This document shows, one piece after another, positions 1-12,500 of a DNA stretch of 64,000 nucleotides. The stretch covers positions 20,212,001 to 20,276,000 of the forward strand of contig NC_082722.1 in NCBI RefSeq assembly GCF_030144855.1, in the 5' to 3' direction. The stretch's first letter is position 1; each line of letters opens with the position of its first letter. A program made the position numbers and the translations under genes. The notes beneath the pieces were generated by a model. It was not told where the DNA came from, made no database searches, and worked only from the letters and a program-made list of their open reading frames with translations. The DNA comes from Hypanus sabinus (Eukaryota).

Positions 1-699
1 CGTAAATCTTGCACAATTGAATTGATCGAACGGTGCAAGCTGGGAATTCCTTTCAAACATTGCACATTGGTAATGCACAAGCATAATATTTCCAGTGATT
101 GCAAACACTCGAAAGTGTACACAAGGAAAGACATGCAAAACAGTCATTCATGAAAGAACTGACACTTCTGAATTTAATATTTCAATTTTATATTTTCCAC
201 TAAGAAATAACATCAACATGTTAGAATCAACTGTGATAACAAATTCTGTTGCAAATCTGTTCCAATGAATACACTGGAAGCGGAGGCACAATCAGTTTTT
301 AATAGTAAGAGCTTTTACGGTAAGCTTTGCCCAAGAAACAAAAATATACTCATCAGATGGCTGACAGGCCCACAAACATAAACAACGTAACCAACAGTCA
401 TCTGTTTCAGGAGTTTGAACACAGATGAGTATTTCTGATATTCCAATGTATTCAAAATATTATAAGGATTCATTAAGGGAATTAAAATAGCTTAAACATT
501 TTTCAGAGTATGAAGTAAAACAGTGGAAACGCTTAAAATTGTTTCAGGGCAATAAATTAACTCAGCAAGATCCTCTTACTGCCTTTCCTTTCAATTTAAA
601 TGCATTGACTCACTGATTGCGATTTATTCTAAGGTATCTACCATCCACCAGTGTCAGCCTGGTGCAATCCGGGAAGAAAAAGGTCACTTCAAGTTCAGT

Positions 700-1316
700 A
701 TCTTTCATAAGAAAACACATATACTGAGAAATAGAGGCCGTACAACATTTAAATACTGTCGTTAAAATGGAAGCCCACCAAAAGTGTATTTTCAGGAGAA
801 ACAGTGTCCGATCACTGCCCTGGTGGCACGGGAACCGAGACGTGGGTCCCCACTGGAGAACCTGAAACCTGAAGGAATCGGACATAAAAAGGCGATTGGC
901 GGTCCGTTGCCTGAGTCAGGGTCATCCCGTTCGGCATCTTTTACAATAGACTCGATTTCCCAAGAGAGGACTGCCACCACACAGGATGGTGGAAACGTGG
1001 TCTCCAGGTTAGAAATGACCTCCTTAGAATTGCATTGGCGGGAAAGGGCGTCAGGACCGCGGACGGTAGGTGACAGTAAACGGACTGGGCGGGAGTTCAA
1101 GCATTTAGCGGTCTGGATATATTCAAGGTTCTTATGATCATTCCAAACAATAAACGGATGTTCCGCTCCATCCAGCCAGTGCCTTCTTTCCTCCAACTCC
1201 AGCTTGACAGCCAGTAGCTCCCAGTTCCCCACGTCGTAATTTCGTTCAGCGGGGGATATACGACGAGAACAGGAGGCACAGTGATGAAGCTTTTGGTCTG
1301 GACTTGAGAACTGCAC
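700..1316 (-). mobile_element. Ty3/Gypsy (sushi-like) pol fragment: RNase H to start of integrase
   Basis: ORF 792..1316 has [23 protein letters not shown] and FIVWNDHKNLEYIQTAK (Gypsy RNase H); HFWWASI...FKCC follows (degenerate integrase zinc-finger region). Related to the element at 53020-56060. Confidence 0.9.
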
Positions 1317-1399
1317 CTATATTTTTTAATGGGAACCAGCTGTGTTTTAATTCATTGAACTAGCAGCAACTGGAAATCAGATGTAGGGAATTCAGGCAG

Positions 1400-2190
1400 A
1401 ATTTAGAAGGTAGGAGGGAGATGGAGGATAGCCAGACGGGACAAACACAGCCGCATGATGATAATCTTGCAGTACTGAATCCACAAAACACATGGAGTCT
1501 AGAGGAGGCAGAGGCAGATGACAACGTGTAAGAGACCTGAACAGAAAACGATACTGAAACCGATTTTTTCAATATTGGAGAGAGAAGATTCCCAGAATAC
1601 CTGATTACAAAATTAAGGAAGACATTTTCTGTTGGTCCGATTATCAAACAGGTCAGCAGTGGAAGCCCGTTCGAACAACTTCTAGTGGATCCGGAGAAAA
1701 TCCCATGGAAGGCATTGAAGGATGTCGTTGAAAATTTTATCGGCCACTACAGAGCATCAAGCTTTCAGAAGATGCTTGACAACTTACTTCAAAAATACAA
1801 AACCATGAAGTGCGGCATATCTGTAAAAATTAATTTTCTGCATTCCCATTTGGACATCTCCCTTGCTGATCTTGGTGCTGTTCGTAACGAGCATGGTGAA
1901 ATGATTCAAAAGGACATTGTGGTCATTAAAATGGGATCAATACAGCTGGAATCCATCGATGCTGACGCTTTATTGTTGGACATTTATGCAGGAAGCCTCA
2001 GGCTTTGAATACAAATGGAAAACTTCACAAAATATTTAGCTTATTTGAATTATTTCCAGGAGTCATTACCATTATAAAATTAAACACCTTATGTTCTGAA
2101 ACGTTTATGCACTGTTTCTTCATTTTTCTACCTGCTACAAGTAATCTGAAATTATCCTTGTATTCAACTTCAAGCAGTCTATCTCATCCA
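1400..2190 (+). mobile_element. Decayed DNA transposon transposase, CMC/Chapaev-3-like, internally deleted
   Basis: Translations FPRIPDYKIKEDIF(V)GP (across a frameshift) and PEKIPWKALKDVVENFIGHYRA...YKTMKCGISVKINFLHSHLD...LGAVRNEHGE match the recalled C-terminal motif of this family (SLKIHFLHSHLDFF..NLGAVSDEHGERFHQD). Family name is from memory. Confidence 0.65.
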
Positions 2191-2229
2191 CATTGAAGAA
2201 GCAACACTTTCGACAAACTTTGCTGCTCA

Positions 2230-2480
2230 GTGGTTCCATCCATTCATGGCACCCACATTTCACGCATAGCCTTCCACTTACCACATCTTGCCCTGGCTCC
2301 ATCTACCCTTCACCTCTCCGCTAATGGTCCCAATTGTCTCTCTCCTTTATGTGTTAGATTCCAGACCTGGTAGCTTTTGCCTTTCTGCTTATCACCCTCC
2401 AGAATTTTTATCTCGCTTGACATCCCCGACCCTCCTCCCACGTCAGCTGTCTCAGAAGATGGAAGTAGCTCCAAATTGCA
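2230..2480 (+). mobile_element. Possible Penelope-type 3' pyrimidine-rich remnant
   Basis: Resembles the tail of the element at 18650-19170; heavily decayed. Confidence 0.3.
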
Positions 2481-5400
2481 TACTCATCTCACGGATCATT
2501 TACAGCTGTGGAGATCAGGACCTGTAGGGACCATGGTAGAATAAGAAATGGAATAAAATGCCATATTCAAGGAACAAAAAGTTGCCTAATAAGATAGGTA
2601 GCAAAAAAGTGTCATGGTCCAGCTTGACTGGACGATTGAATATGGAATTCAGGGAATATCCAGCAGATCAGGTTAGCATGCACAGGCAGATCAACAAAAT
2701 TAACACGTCAATTTACTTCTTTTCTCAGAATTGTGTTTCTGGACTTCTGAACCCACAATCATGACTTATGAATTGAAGAACTTAAATTAACATCGAAATA
2801 AATAAGAACATTCCCGTGTTTCATTTCCTACTTTATCTGCCAATTTTAAAGGCCCACAGTTTTTGTTCAAATTCTGGAGACGTATCATGTCGTCTCAAAA
2901 TAGATATATTTTCACTTCCTGTTTATAATTTACCAATAAGAACATATGCATGCGAGCCTCTGCAGGTTTCTATATAAAAAATGTTCAGAATAGAATTTTA
3001 GTTCATCTGTCAGTTTATCAAGAATGCCTTGTGCTTATGAGAACTAACACGCTGCCTGAGAACAGAATTGCACTCCTGACTCTGCTCGTGACATCACGGA
3101 AAGCTGTGGTCAAAGATTGCTCTTCTCTGAAACATGCATGTTGCAGACAGCTTGTGATAACATCTAAGAGTAGGTCAATACGTTTATTTTAAGTAACTTA
3201 TTTGATATCGTGCTTCTGTCAGCTAGATGATTCTCAAGTTGTGCTGTAACGTCTATACACCTGTAAGTGTGCTATGTTCGTTCTAGAAATAAATATATGA
3301 AACAATTTTAATAAACAGCTATATACTTGATATTTCTGTGTGAGTCATTCTCTGAGAACATTGAATGGAGAACCAATTACTCTGCAGATTAAACCAGTTT
3401 CCGGGGAAAGCATTCTCTTTTCTGATTAATTAAATGAGGCACCGCAGCTAGTAGATATTTAGTACAATTTGACATCGTGGTCGCAAAAGACATCTTCGCC
3501 TGAAGTCCTATTCCTATGCTTTACTAGTCCGTTGTTATATTAAAAGCAGTGTAAATGAATGGAGCAAGGAACAGGTAGATAACATTACATGAAGTGGCAA
3601 TGCCGAGAGTCTCCTCTTGAAATAAAGATGTCCACGATACTTTTAAAGACTTAAATGAATGGGGAAGTAAGGGCATGTCGCTATGTGTTCGGCTTATATC
3701 CAGTTACATCATTAATTGGAAAGCAGTGTCATTAATGGAACCAGTTTTGCCGATGTTTGCAATCAGAATTAAACAGAAAACATCCGGAACCTGCTATGAA
3801 AAGGGAAAATACACATCATTTCTCTTCATGACTTCAACCTGAAGTGTTCACTCTATTTCTTACGGCCGTCTCTGCGTGGCTTGCTGAGTGTTTCCTATGA
3901 CTTCCATGCAGTAGTATCGAAAGGTAGGTTTAATTTTGCAGTCATCTAACTCCAATTCAGCTCCCTATTATCTATTAAAGGACAATCAGCATCCACTAGA
4001 AACAATTACCCTGAAAAAAAACTTTGTCGAAACCATTTCGGAATATCTTTGTACTGAAGGCAGAGATATTTCAAGGCGCGATTTTATAAAGGATTTCTCC
4101 TCTGGTAACAAAATTGTCCACAAATTAGAAATCTAGATTTACAATTAATCTTTTGGCCTAACCAGAGATGTGCTTGATATTTAAACACGTCTTGAGTTTT
4201 CTGAGATTGTCATGTATTCAAGCATTTGAGATCAGAAAAACAATAAATCAAATACACAAAAAAGAAAAAGAAAATATCTTATACTTTCCTGTGCTTTTCT
4301 GCCCCCGTTAACGTCGAACAAATATATGACCGTGAAAATGTACAGATGTAGGGTTTATCTCTAAAGCATTTAAAACAAAATTTGTATCGGCAGTGTCATT
4401 CAATGATTATCTAAGAGCTAACACAACAATCCCAGTCTTGCTCAAACAAGACAATTTTTATCAGCCAACTTGTCTTTAAGAGTTTAGTAATCGGTCTGAG
4501 TTACTGCTCCATTCTTACATATCATGAAGAATGGACTAATGGAGAACAGAGAGTGGCTCATTTGGAACTAATCACAGTCCTCTCATCTTTAGGGTATACA
4601 CAAAAAGTAATATCTGAAGGTCAAGGAAGAAATCTCAATAAAAATCTTAACTTCTGGAAATACTGTTTTCCGCTGCAAACGCATTTTTGTCACAAATTAC
4701 CTGTAACGTAAAACTAAGTTGTCTCTCATTAGTATTGTCTCTTATGATTCATCCAGATCCACGGCAGGATAAGCTTCCCAATGTCCATTCCCTCTCCAGG
4801 TTAAACTCCTCAATAAACAGACCTCAATTACATCCCTTGGGGTCCAATAAACAACATGTGTATTACCTATGACCAACTTTACGCCCCAAGCAGCTACATA
4901 ATTTCAGATCTGGGAGGACAGGAGACACAATTTAATTAGGGTGTCAAAGCTTCGATGAAAGCAGCATAACATCCCCACCGTTTCGTGGAAATTCGGAAAC
5001 ATAATTGTTCAAAATAGCGGTGTGTTCGACATGATATTCAGAAACTTATCTCCGTTCGTAGCAAGCAAATGGAAGCTCAGTATTGTTTCATCTCCAAACA
5101 ATATGTTTTTGAATATTTCTTGTTCTCAATTCATAAGGGGATAACAATTTATGCCCTGCCAGGTTAGGTACAAGGGTGCGTGCTAACCCTTTCATTCTGT
5201 ATCGGCTTCAATTTTTTGCTCGATGGGCTATCATATTGTCTCCCGTTTATACTGTGGAAATGTAGGAGATACTTGAAATAGCAGCATTTCCCCTAGTGGA
5301 ACTGCTCGTGTTGATTGGATTTCAAATGGAGCCTCGGAACTGCAGTCAATCATTTGCGGCTTCCTCCATACGTCCTTTCTAGATGTTATTGCGGTACCCA

Positions 5401-6369
5401 ATGAATCTCTGTCATCATTATACTGAATAACTTGCTGTTTGAACTCTTTAAGCTCACTATTTATGTAATCAACATCCTATACTAGGAATCTATCTCTATC
5501 ACAGACAGCATTTGTTGCAGCTTTTCGCTGAGTTCTTCGTGCGAGCTGGTCACAGCAGCGAGAAAGGAACCTGAGTACTATGAGGCCTACTTTGAAAAAT
5601 AAACCGACTGAAATCTGTCACTGGAATACATTTATGAAGGTTCCACATGATATGCTTTTGTTTCATGAAACTTAAGCATTAAATTGCATGGAAATTGCTG
5701 AAGTAATTGGACGAATACGCAAACATATGTCGTTGCTCTTTGTCATCAATGCACATAATCTAAAATCACACTTTTTACCATAGACGTGTGCATGACGAGG
5801 TCCGAGGGAATGTACTTGCTCTTCAAGCCAGGCTTCTTCATCAATTTTCTTTTTGTTTTGCAATCCAGACATTAAGCAGTAGTTCATTAGCCAAATTTTT
5901 ATAATCGAAACCTGAAGGAAATTATCAAGAGAAGCAAAGTTTTAATTTATTTAACTCCGTCCCTACCCGTCACGGCTTAAAGACTTTTGGCTGTGTGAGC
6001 GCAGCTGCCTTCCGCGTTGTAGTGCCAAACCAGCAGGGTCCCATTTGACCGCAGGTATATGATTGAAAACTGCAAAGGTAAATTGGAATGATGAAATGTT
6101 GTTCTTATTTTTGCCCGCCTATCTTTTAAGACATTCTTCAACTCCGATAAGCGGATTTCCATCTTTACCATCAAAATGCTCAGAGTACAGATATAAATTT
6201 TTATCTCAATAAAGATTTGGATAATTACTTAATTCAGCAAAAAGTGAGAAATTTTCAGCATAATGACGAAAGCACTAGGTAGACCATGTGAAAGTAGAAT
6301 TGTAAGAGTTTTTATTTTCCTCCCAGCCCAGGCAGAGTTTAAATCTGAACCACATTGTTCTGCTATACG

Positions 6370-6420
6370 GTGGCGTCATCCTGCGTCATGCTTACACGAT
6401 TAATACATTTCCTGACGAAG
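6370..6420 (+). promoter_or_regulatory. Candidate proximal promoter motifs of the Ig-superfamily gene
   Basis: CGTCA half-CRE sites at 6374 and 6384, TTTCCTG ETS-like core at 6408, TGACG at 6413, 75-120 bp upstream of the ATG at 6492. These short motifs could be chance. Confidence 0.25.
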
Positions 6421-6491
6421 TCCTTTTCCTCCAACAATTTCTTTTAAATACCACATGCATTGAAGAAATTGGTCGATTCGGTTTCTTTAAG

Positions 6492-6546
6492 ATGTCGGAG
6501 AAATTCGCCGTTTCGTACATGGCGCTTCTGGCTATTACTTGGCTAA
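6492..6546 (+). CDS. Exon 1, signal peptide MSEKFAVSYMALLAITWL
   Basis: ATG at 6492, hydrophobic leader, phase-1 donor A|GTATGC at 6547; joins exon 2 in frame (A+CC = Thr). Confidence 0.75.
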
Positions 6547-9500
6547 GTATGCTGATTTATTCATGCCGTTTCCGATCTGAATATTCTATTTGAGAATATT
6601 TAATCCTGTGTGCCCGCACCAGACTTGGTTACAGTGTTTCAGCTATTGGATCACTTTTGGCTGTTTGAAGTCTTATAGATTATTTTTTTATTCACTGTTA
6701 CTAATACACTGGTTTACTTTTCCGGCAGCCGTCAAAGTAATTTCGAAAAAAGTATCTCAGTTCCCTCCGGACCTGGGCGTCCAGTGTGGTGCGAATGTTA
6801 CCATGTTTTGCAGATTTCCAATATCAACAGATACTGTCGACGTTCGTTGGTGGAGGGAAGGCGAGAAGGCATTTTTAGAAAGGGACGGCAGAAAACATTT
6901 TACTGTACAAGGAGGAAGTGGAATACTTGCACTCTGGAATGTCAAAGTCCCCGACTCGGGAATGTATTACTGTGAAGCAAAGCATCAGAAACAATCTTTC
7001 GGGAATGGAAGTGGTACCAAGCTCACTGTGTTTGGTGAGTGTGGCAGTTTGGAGATTTTCGGCTCTGTATATTTTACATCAAACTTAGAGATGAAGGTGA
7101 AACGAAATGATTCTACTTGATAAGACAACGGTGAGAATATATTTGTATGCCATGTTAAAATATACCCCAGTCCAGAGGTTTTAAATCCAGAATTGAAAAG
7201 AACTGAAGAAATAATCACATTTCATGCAGCCAACTTTAGTTGCTTAATAGAGTTAATTCTGCTTATCATCGTAATTTGCCTGGCTCTTTCCCACCGCTGT
7301 TCTTCCTGCCCTGTTCATCAGCTATCTCTCAGTTAAACCTAATGTCCAAGGTTACTGATACCTTAGGACTTTACACTTATTATCGTGTAGGTACTTTGAA
7401 TACAACGAACTAGTTTTCAAGAAAGGTTAGGATTGCTTTGCAACTAAGATGTTAGCAAATAATATTAATACTAATGTGAATGGCTGGACTTGGTTAACTC
7501 GATTCGGCATCACAGAGCACGCAAAGCGTGAAAACTTATATAATCTCTATCGAAGGGTTTTTATTCAGCAGCACAATGCTCCATTTCCGCATCGAGTAGA
7601 GAGGAGTAATTCCCAGTACCAAACGTGTTAATTCCAACATCAACTAACAATTTGTGGCATGCACTGCAATTGTCATTCCAACCTTTGTCATGCAGGATTA
7701 GTAAAATCTATACATTTTTCACCATACAAAATGGGGAGAAATATAGTCCTCCAAAGATCGAGGTGAAAGGTAGATAGTCTAGCGCAAAGCCCCATTCAAC
7801 ACTTCTGTTGTCAGCTCATGCCACAATGGTATCACCATCTGATTGAAGATGTTTCCCCAGATGTTCCCTTTAATACATCTCATTTCACTCTTAAGCTATG
7901 ACTTCCAATTACATTCTGACCCAACCTCAGTGAATGAAGCAGTCTTACATGCACCTTTTCTGTATTCCTCATAAGTTTGTATACGTCTATCAAATGTTTT
8001 CTCATTCTCTTACGAATCACGGAAAAAAATCCTAACCTGTTAAACCTTTCCTCAAAATTCATGTCCTCAAATTCATGCACATCCCTGTAAGTTTTTTTTT
8101 ATGTACTCATTCAATCATATTGATAACTTTCCTGCAGATACCTAACCAGAACTGCGAACAATATTTCAAATTTGTTCACACTAACGTTTAATACAATTTC
8201 AGCATAACCTCCCAACTTCGACACTCAATACTCAGATATATGAAGGCAAATTTGACAAAAGCTATCTTTATGGTACTACTCGCCTTCGACTCCACTTTCA
8301 ATGAATTATCGAACGATATTCAAAGAACATTTTTTTTACCGCACTCCTCAATGCTAGTTTCGTTCACTCAGTATATTCGAGACCGGTTTGTCTTCTCAAA
8401 GTGAAACAGCTTAAATTACCTTTATTAAATTCTATCTGCCATTTTCAGCCCACCTGGTCCATACCTCACTGTAAGCTTCGATACCCTTCCCCGCAAATCC
8501 AAATCCGCAAACTGCTGAACCAGTTTACCACATTGTAACCCACGATGAAAATAACCATCATCCACCCTGTGGCACACCACTAGTGAAAGGCCCTGTACAA
8601 TACTCTGGCTTCTCCCGCCAAACCAATGCTAGATACAATTTCCTCCTTCATCCTGAATGTCAAGTGAACGTTGTTGATCAGACCCCCCCCCCCACCACCA
8701 TGCAGAACTTATCCAAAGGTCTTGAAAAAAATCCATGTTGTCCATATCCACTGTTATCCGTCATCAAGATCTATGATAGCCCGTTCGAAAATTTCCTTCA
8801 GACTTGTTAGACACAGCCTACCCTGCACAAAACAATGTTGTCTATTCCCTATCAAGCCCAGTCTATCCAAATATTGTTTAGAATGTCTTCAAATAAATTA
8901 CCTACTTATCTACACTATCTATAATATCTTGGCTTATACTGAGAGTCTATCTAAAACAAGGGGAAAGCTAGAGACATAATTGCAGAGCAAGCTCTTGGGA
9001 AACTGAAAGGTCTGAATGTAGGTAATTCACCTAAATCACCAGATCATGTACATTCCAGGATTCCGAAAAAAAGTTGCTCATGAGATTGAAAAGTAATTAG
9101 TAAATGTCATCCAGAATTGCAAGGTTATGGAATGGTTCTGGTGTACTGGAAAATTGGAAAGGTCACTCCACTCTTCAAGAGGGCACAGTGGCAGAAAGGG
9201 GAAAACATGGTCCAGGCAGTCTGACCTCACTGATTGACAAGGTGTACAAGGTGTCCATTATTAAAGTTTAGGTTTTAGTTTACTTGGAGGCACAAATTAA
9301 CACACGCCATAGTCCGCAGGATTTCCTCAAGGGAAACTCTTGCCAGACAAATCTGATTTGATTATTTGAAGGATTGAAAAGCAGGATAGAAAAAGCTAGG
9401 TAGAATCGGTTGCGGTGTACTCCGATTTTCAGAAGGCCTTTGACAAGGTACCACAGACAAAGCTGTTTAACAATTTACAAGCCCAAAGTATTACACAAAA

Positions 9501-12500
9501 GATTGTATGGTGGATAAAGCAGTGGCTGGTTGGTACAGAAAAAAGAGCGGGAATAAAGCAAGCATGTTCTGGTTGGCTTACCTTGTCTAACTATGTTCCA
9601 TCGGGGTCTGTGTTCTGACCGATCCGTTTAAGGTTATATATCCATAATGTAGATGAACGAATTGATAGCTTCCTTGCAAAGTTTACAGACGATATGAACA
9701 TACGTGGCCAGGCAGGTTATTTGTTAGAAAATGAGAGGCTACTGAAGGAATTAGTCAGATGAAGAAAATAGACGAAGAAATGGCAGATGGAATACTGTGT
9801 CGAGAAGAGTGAGGTTATTCACTTTGGTCGAGGGTATGAAAGTTTTGAATATTTTCTAACTGGAGAGAAATTATAAACACCTTGAGGTGCAAAAGGACTT
9901 GGGAGTACTTCTGCAACATTCAGTACAGCAAAATTTGCAGGATGAGTCTGTGACCAGTAAGGCAAGTGGAATGATCGCACTCATTTCAAGTGGACTGGGA
10001 CATAAAACCAAGTATGTAATGTTGAGACTTTATAAAGCACTGGTGAGGAGTCGCGGTGCTTTGTGTGCAGTTGTAGATTCTTTGTCTAGGAAAAAATCTG
10101 CTGAAACTGGAAAGGGTTCAAAGGAGTTTCACAACAGTGATTCCAGAATTCAATAGCGTTTCATATGAAGAGTGCGTTATGGCTCTAAGGCCTGTTTTCA
10201 CTAGAATTCAGAACGAAATAGGGGTGACCCTGTCCAACCCTATTAAATGTTGAATGTACTTGATAATATGGATGTGGAGATGATGTTTCCAATGCTGGAA
10301 GAGTCTAAGACCGGAGGACGCAGTCTCAGAATACAGGGGCTTCCTTTTAAAAAGGAGATGCAGAGGAATGCCTATAACCAGAGACTGTAGAACCTGTGGA
10401 TTTTTTTTTTGCCACAGGCAGCGATTGAGACCAAATGTTCATGGATACTTAAAGCAGAGGTTGATAGATCTTTGATTGGTTAGAGTATGAATAGATACTG
10501 GGAGAAGGCACAAGATAGGGGCTGAGCAGAAATTACTATCTATTATGAAATGGCAGAGCAAACTTGGTGGGCCGAATGGCTTTATTCATCTCCTATATCC
10601 TATCGTCATATGGTATTAAAATATTACTTATACTCCAGTCCTACGGCACTTCAGCCATGGATAAGGACGCTTTGACTACCCTATAATTTTCTGCATTAGC
10701 ATCCAGCAATCTCCGATGGGACATCTTGCCATGTTCTGAGGTCTTCTTCAACCTAATTTGCCTCATGGCTGTAATCCTTACCCTGGCCATGCCATTACTT
10801 CTGTGTTACCTTAATTGTAAAGTCTCTGTGTACGTCTCCCGAATAAATACGAATGGAAATATAGAACATAACACCGCCACCGCCCCCACCCCCTCCCCCC
10901 CCCCCACCCCAGCATCTCTTTCGGCTCCATGCTGTGTTGAAACCGCTGATCTTCAAATGGATCTATTTAGTCTGTCGCTATCCCTTTATGGTTAGTGTAT
11001 CTGCAGAAGCTCTTCGACCTCTTTTTCACCTTAGAATTGTCCTTCACCTAGAATTTGAGAAGGCCAAGAACGTTGACGTCGGTATAGGCGTGGGGAGTGG
11101 AGTCAGGCAAACGTGAGCTCCGGGTGGCTCTTGCAGTCAGAGCGAAATCTTAACTACTGTGATAAGCAGAAAAAGCCATTTCACTGTTGAAGCTCCCCTG
11201 TCAGACACCGACCATAGCTCTAGCGGAAGCGGTCCACGTTTTGAAAACCTTAAAATTGGGCTTACCATTTAGTAAACTTTGTTCATGGTGAAACTGAGCT
11301 TGTTCAGTTCGTGTTTGACCCTCTGCAAAGCATCATTTCTGCAAGCGACCCTCTAGCAGTGCCAAATCACTATCGACAGTTTTGCTGCAGGATTTACGAA
11401 TTTAGAAGGAATAAAACTATAGATCATTGCGGTTAATAGCAATTTGCTTTTCCGTTCCTGGTTGTTTCACAGAGAAGATGGTTCGCAACAGTCAATACAG
11501 GGAAACTGTTCCAGGAATAAGACAATAAGACCGTAAGACAAAAGAGCAGAATTCGGCCATTCGGCCCATCGAGTCTGCACCGCCATTTCATCATGAGCTG
11601 ATCCAATCTCCCCGTTATTTCCGTTCCCCCGCCTTCTCACCATAACCTTTGATGCCCTGACTACTCAGTTACTTATCAATCTCTGCCTTAAATACACCCA
11701 ATGACTTGATCTCCACTGCTGCCCGTGGCAACAAATTCCATAGATTGACCACCCCTTGGCTAAAAAAGAACATTTTCGCATCTCTGTTCTGAATGGGCGC
11801 CCTGCAATCCTCAAGTCATGTTCTCTCGTACTAGACTTCCCCACCATGGCAAACACCTTTGCCACATCCACTCTGTCCATGCCTTTCAATCTTCGAAATG
11901 TTTCTATGAGTTCCCCCCTCATTTTTCTAAACTCCAAGGAGTACAGTCCAAGTGCGGCCAAACGATCCTCATATGTTACATCTCTCATTCTCGGAATTAT
12001 TCTAGTGAATCTTCTCTGAACCCTCTCCAATGCCAGCACATCCTTTCCTAAATAAGGAGACTAAAATTACACACAGTATTCCAAGTGAGGTCTTTTAGAG
12101 CCTCAACATCACATCCCTGCTCCTATACTCTATTCCTCTAGATATGTATGCAACATTGAATTCGCCTTCTTCAACACCGACGCAACCTGGAGGTTAACCT
12201 TAAGGGTATCCGACAAGAGGACTCCCAAGTCCCGTTGCATCTCAGAACTTGGAATTCTCTCCCGCATTTAAATAATAGTATGCCCGTTTATTTCTTCCAC
12301 CAAGGTGCATGACCGTACAACTTCTAACATTGTAATTCATTTCCCACTTCTTTGCCCGTTCCCCCAATCTATCCAAGTCTCTCTGCAGACTGTCTGTTTC
12401 CTCAGCACTACCGGCCCCTCCACCTACTTTTGTATCATCAGCAAACTTCGCCACAAAGCCATCTATTCCATAATTCAAAACATTGATATACAACGTAAGA

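Noticed and set aside
5230-5912. Apparent minus-strand exons shared by both duplicated units (acceptor at 5571/49127, donor gtaagt at 49399 versus gcaagt at 5819; peptides SSHEELSEKL and IDCSSEAPF)
   Set aside because: Exon phases are inconsistent, both copies have stops or frameshifts, and shared ancestry alone explains the similar translations.
7000-7040. Rearranging V or J segment of a TCR/Ig locus
   Set aside because: V and G strand are already joined with no recombination signal sequences, and the gene has an ITIM tail.
6590-7120. ORF-track 176-aa protein as a stand-alone gene
   Set aside because: It is the V exon read through flanking intron sequence from a non-ATG start.
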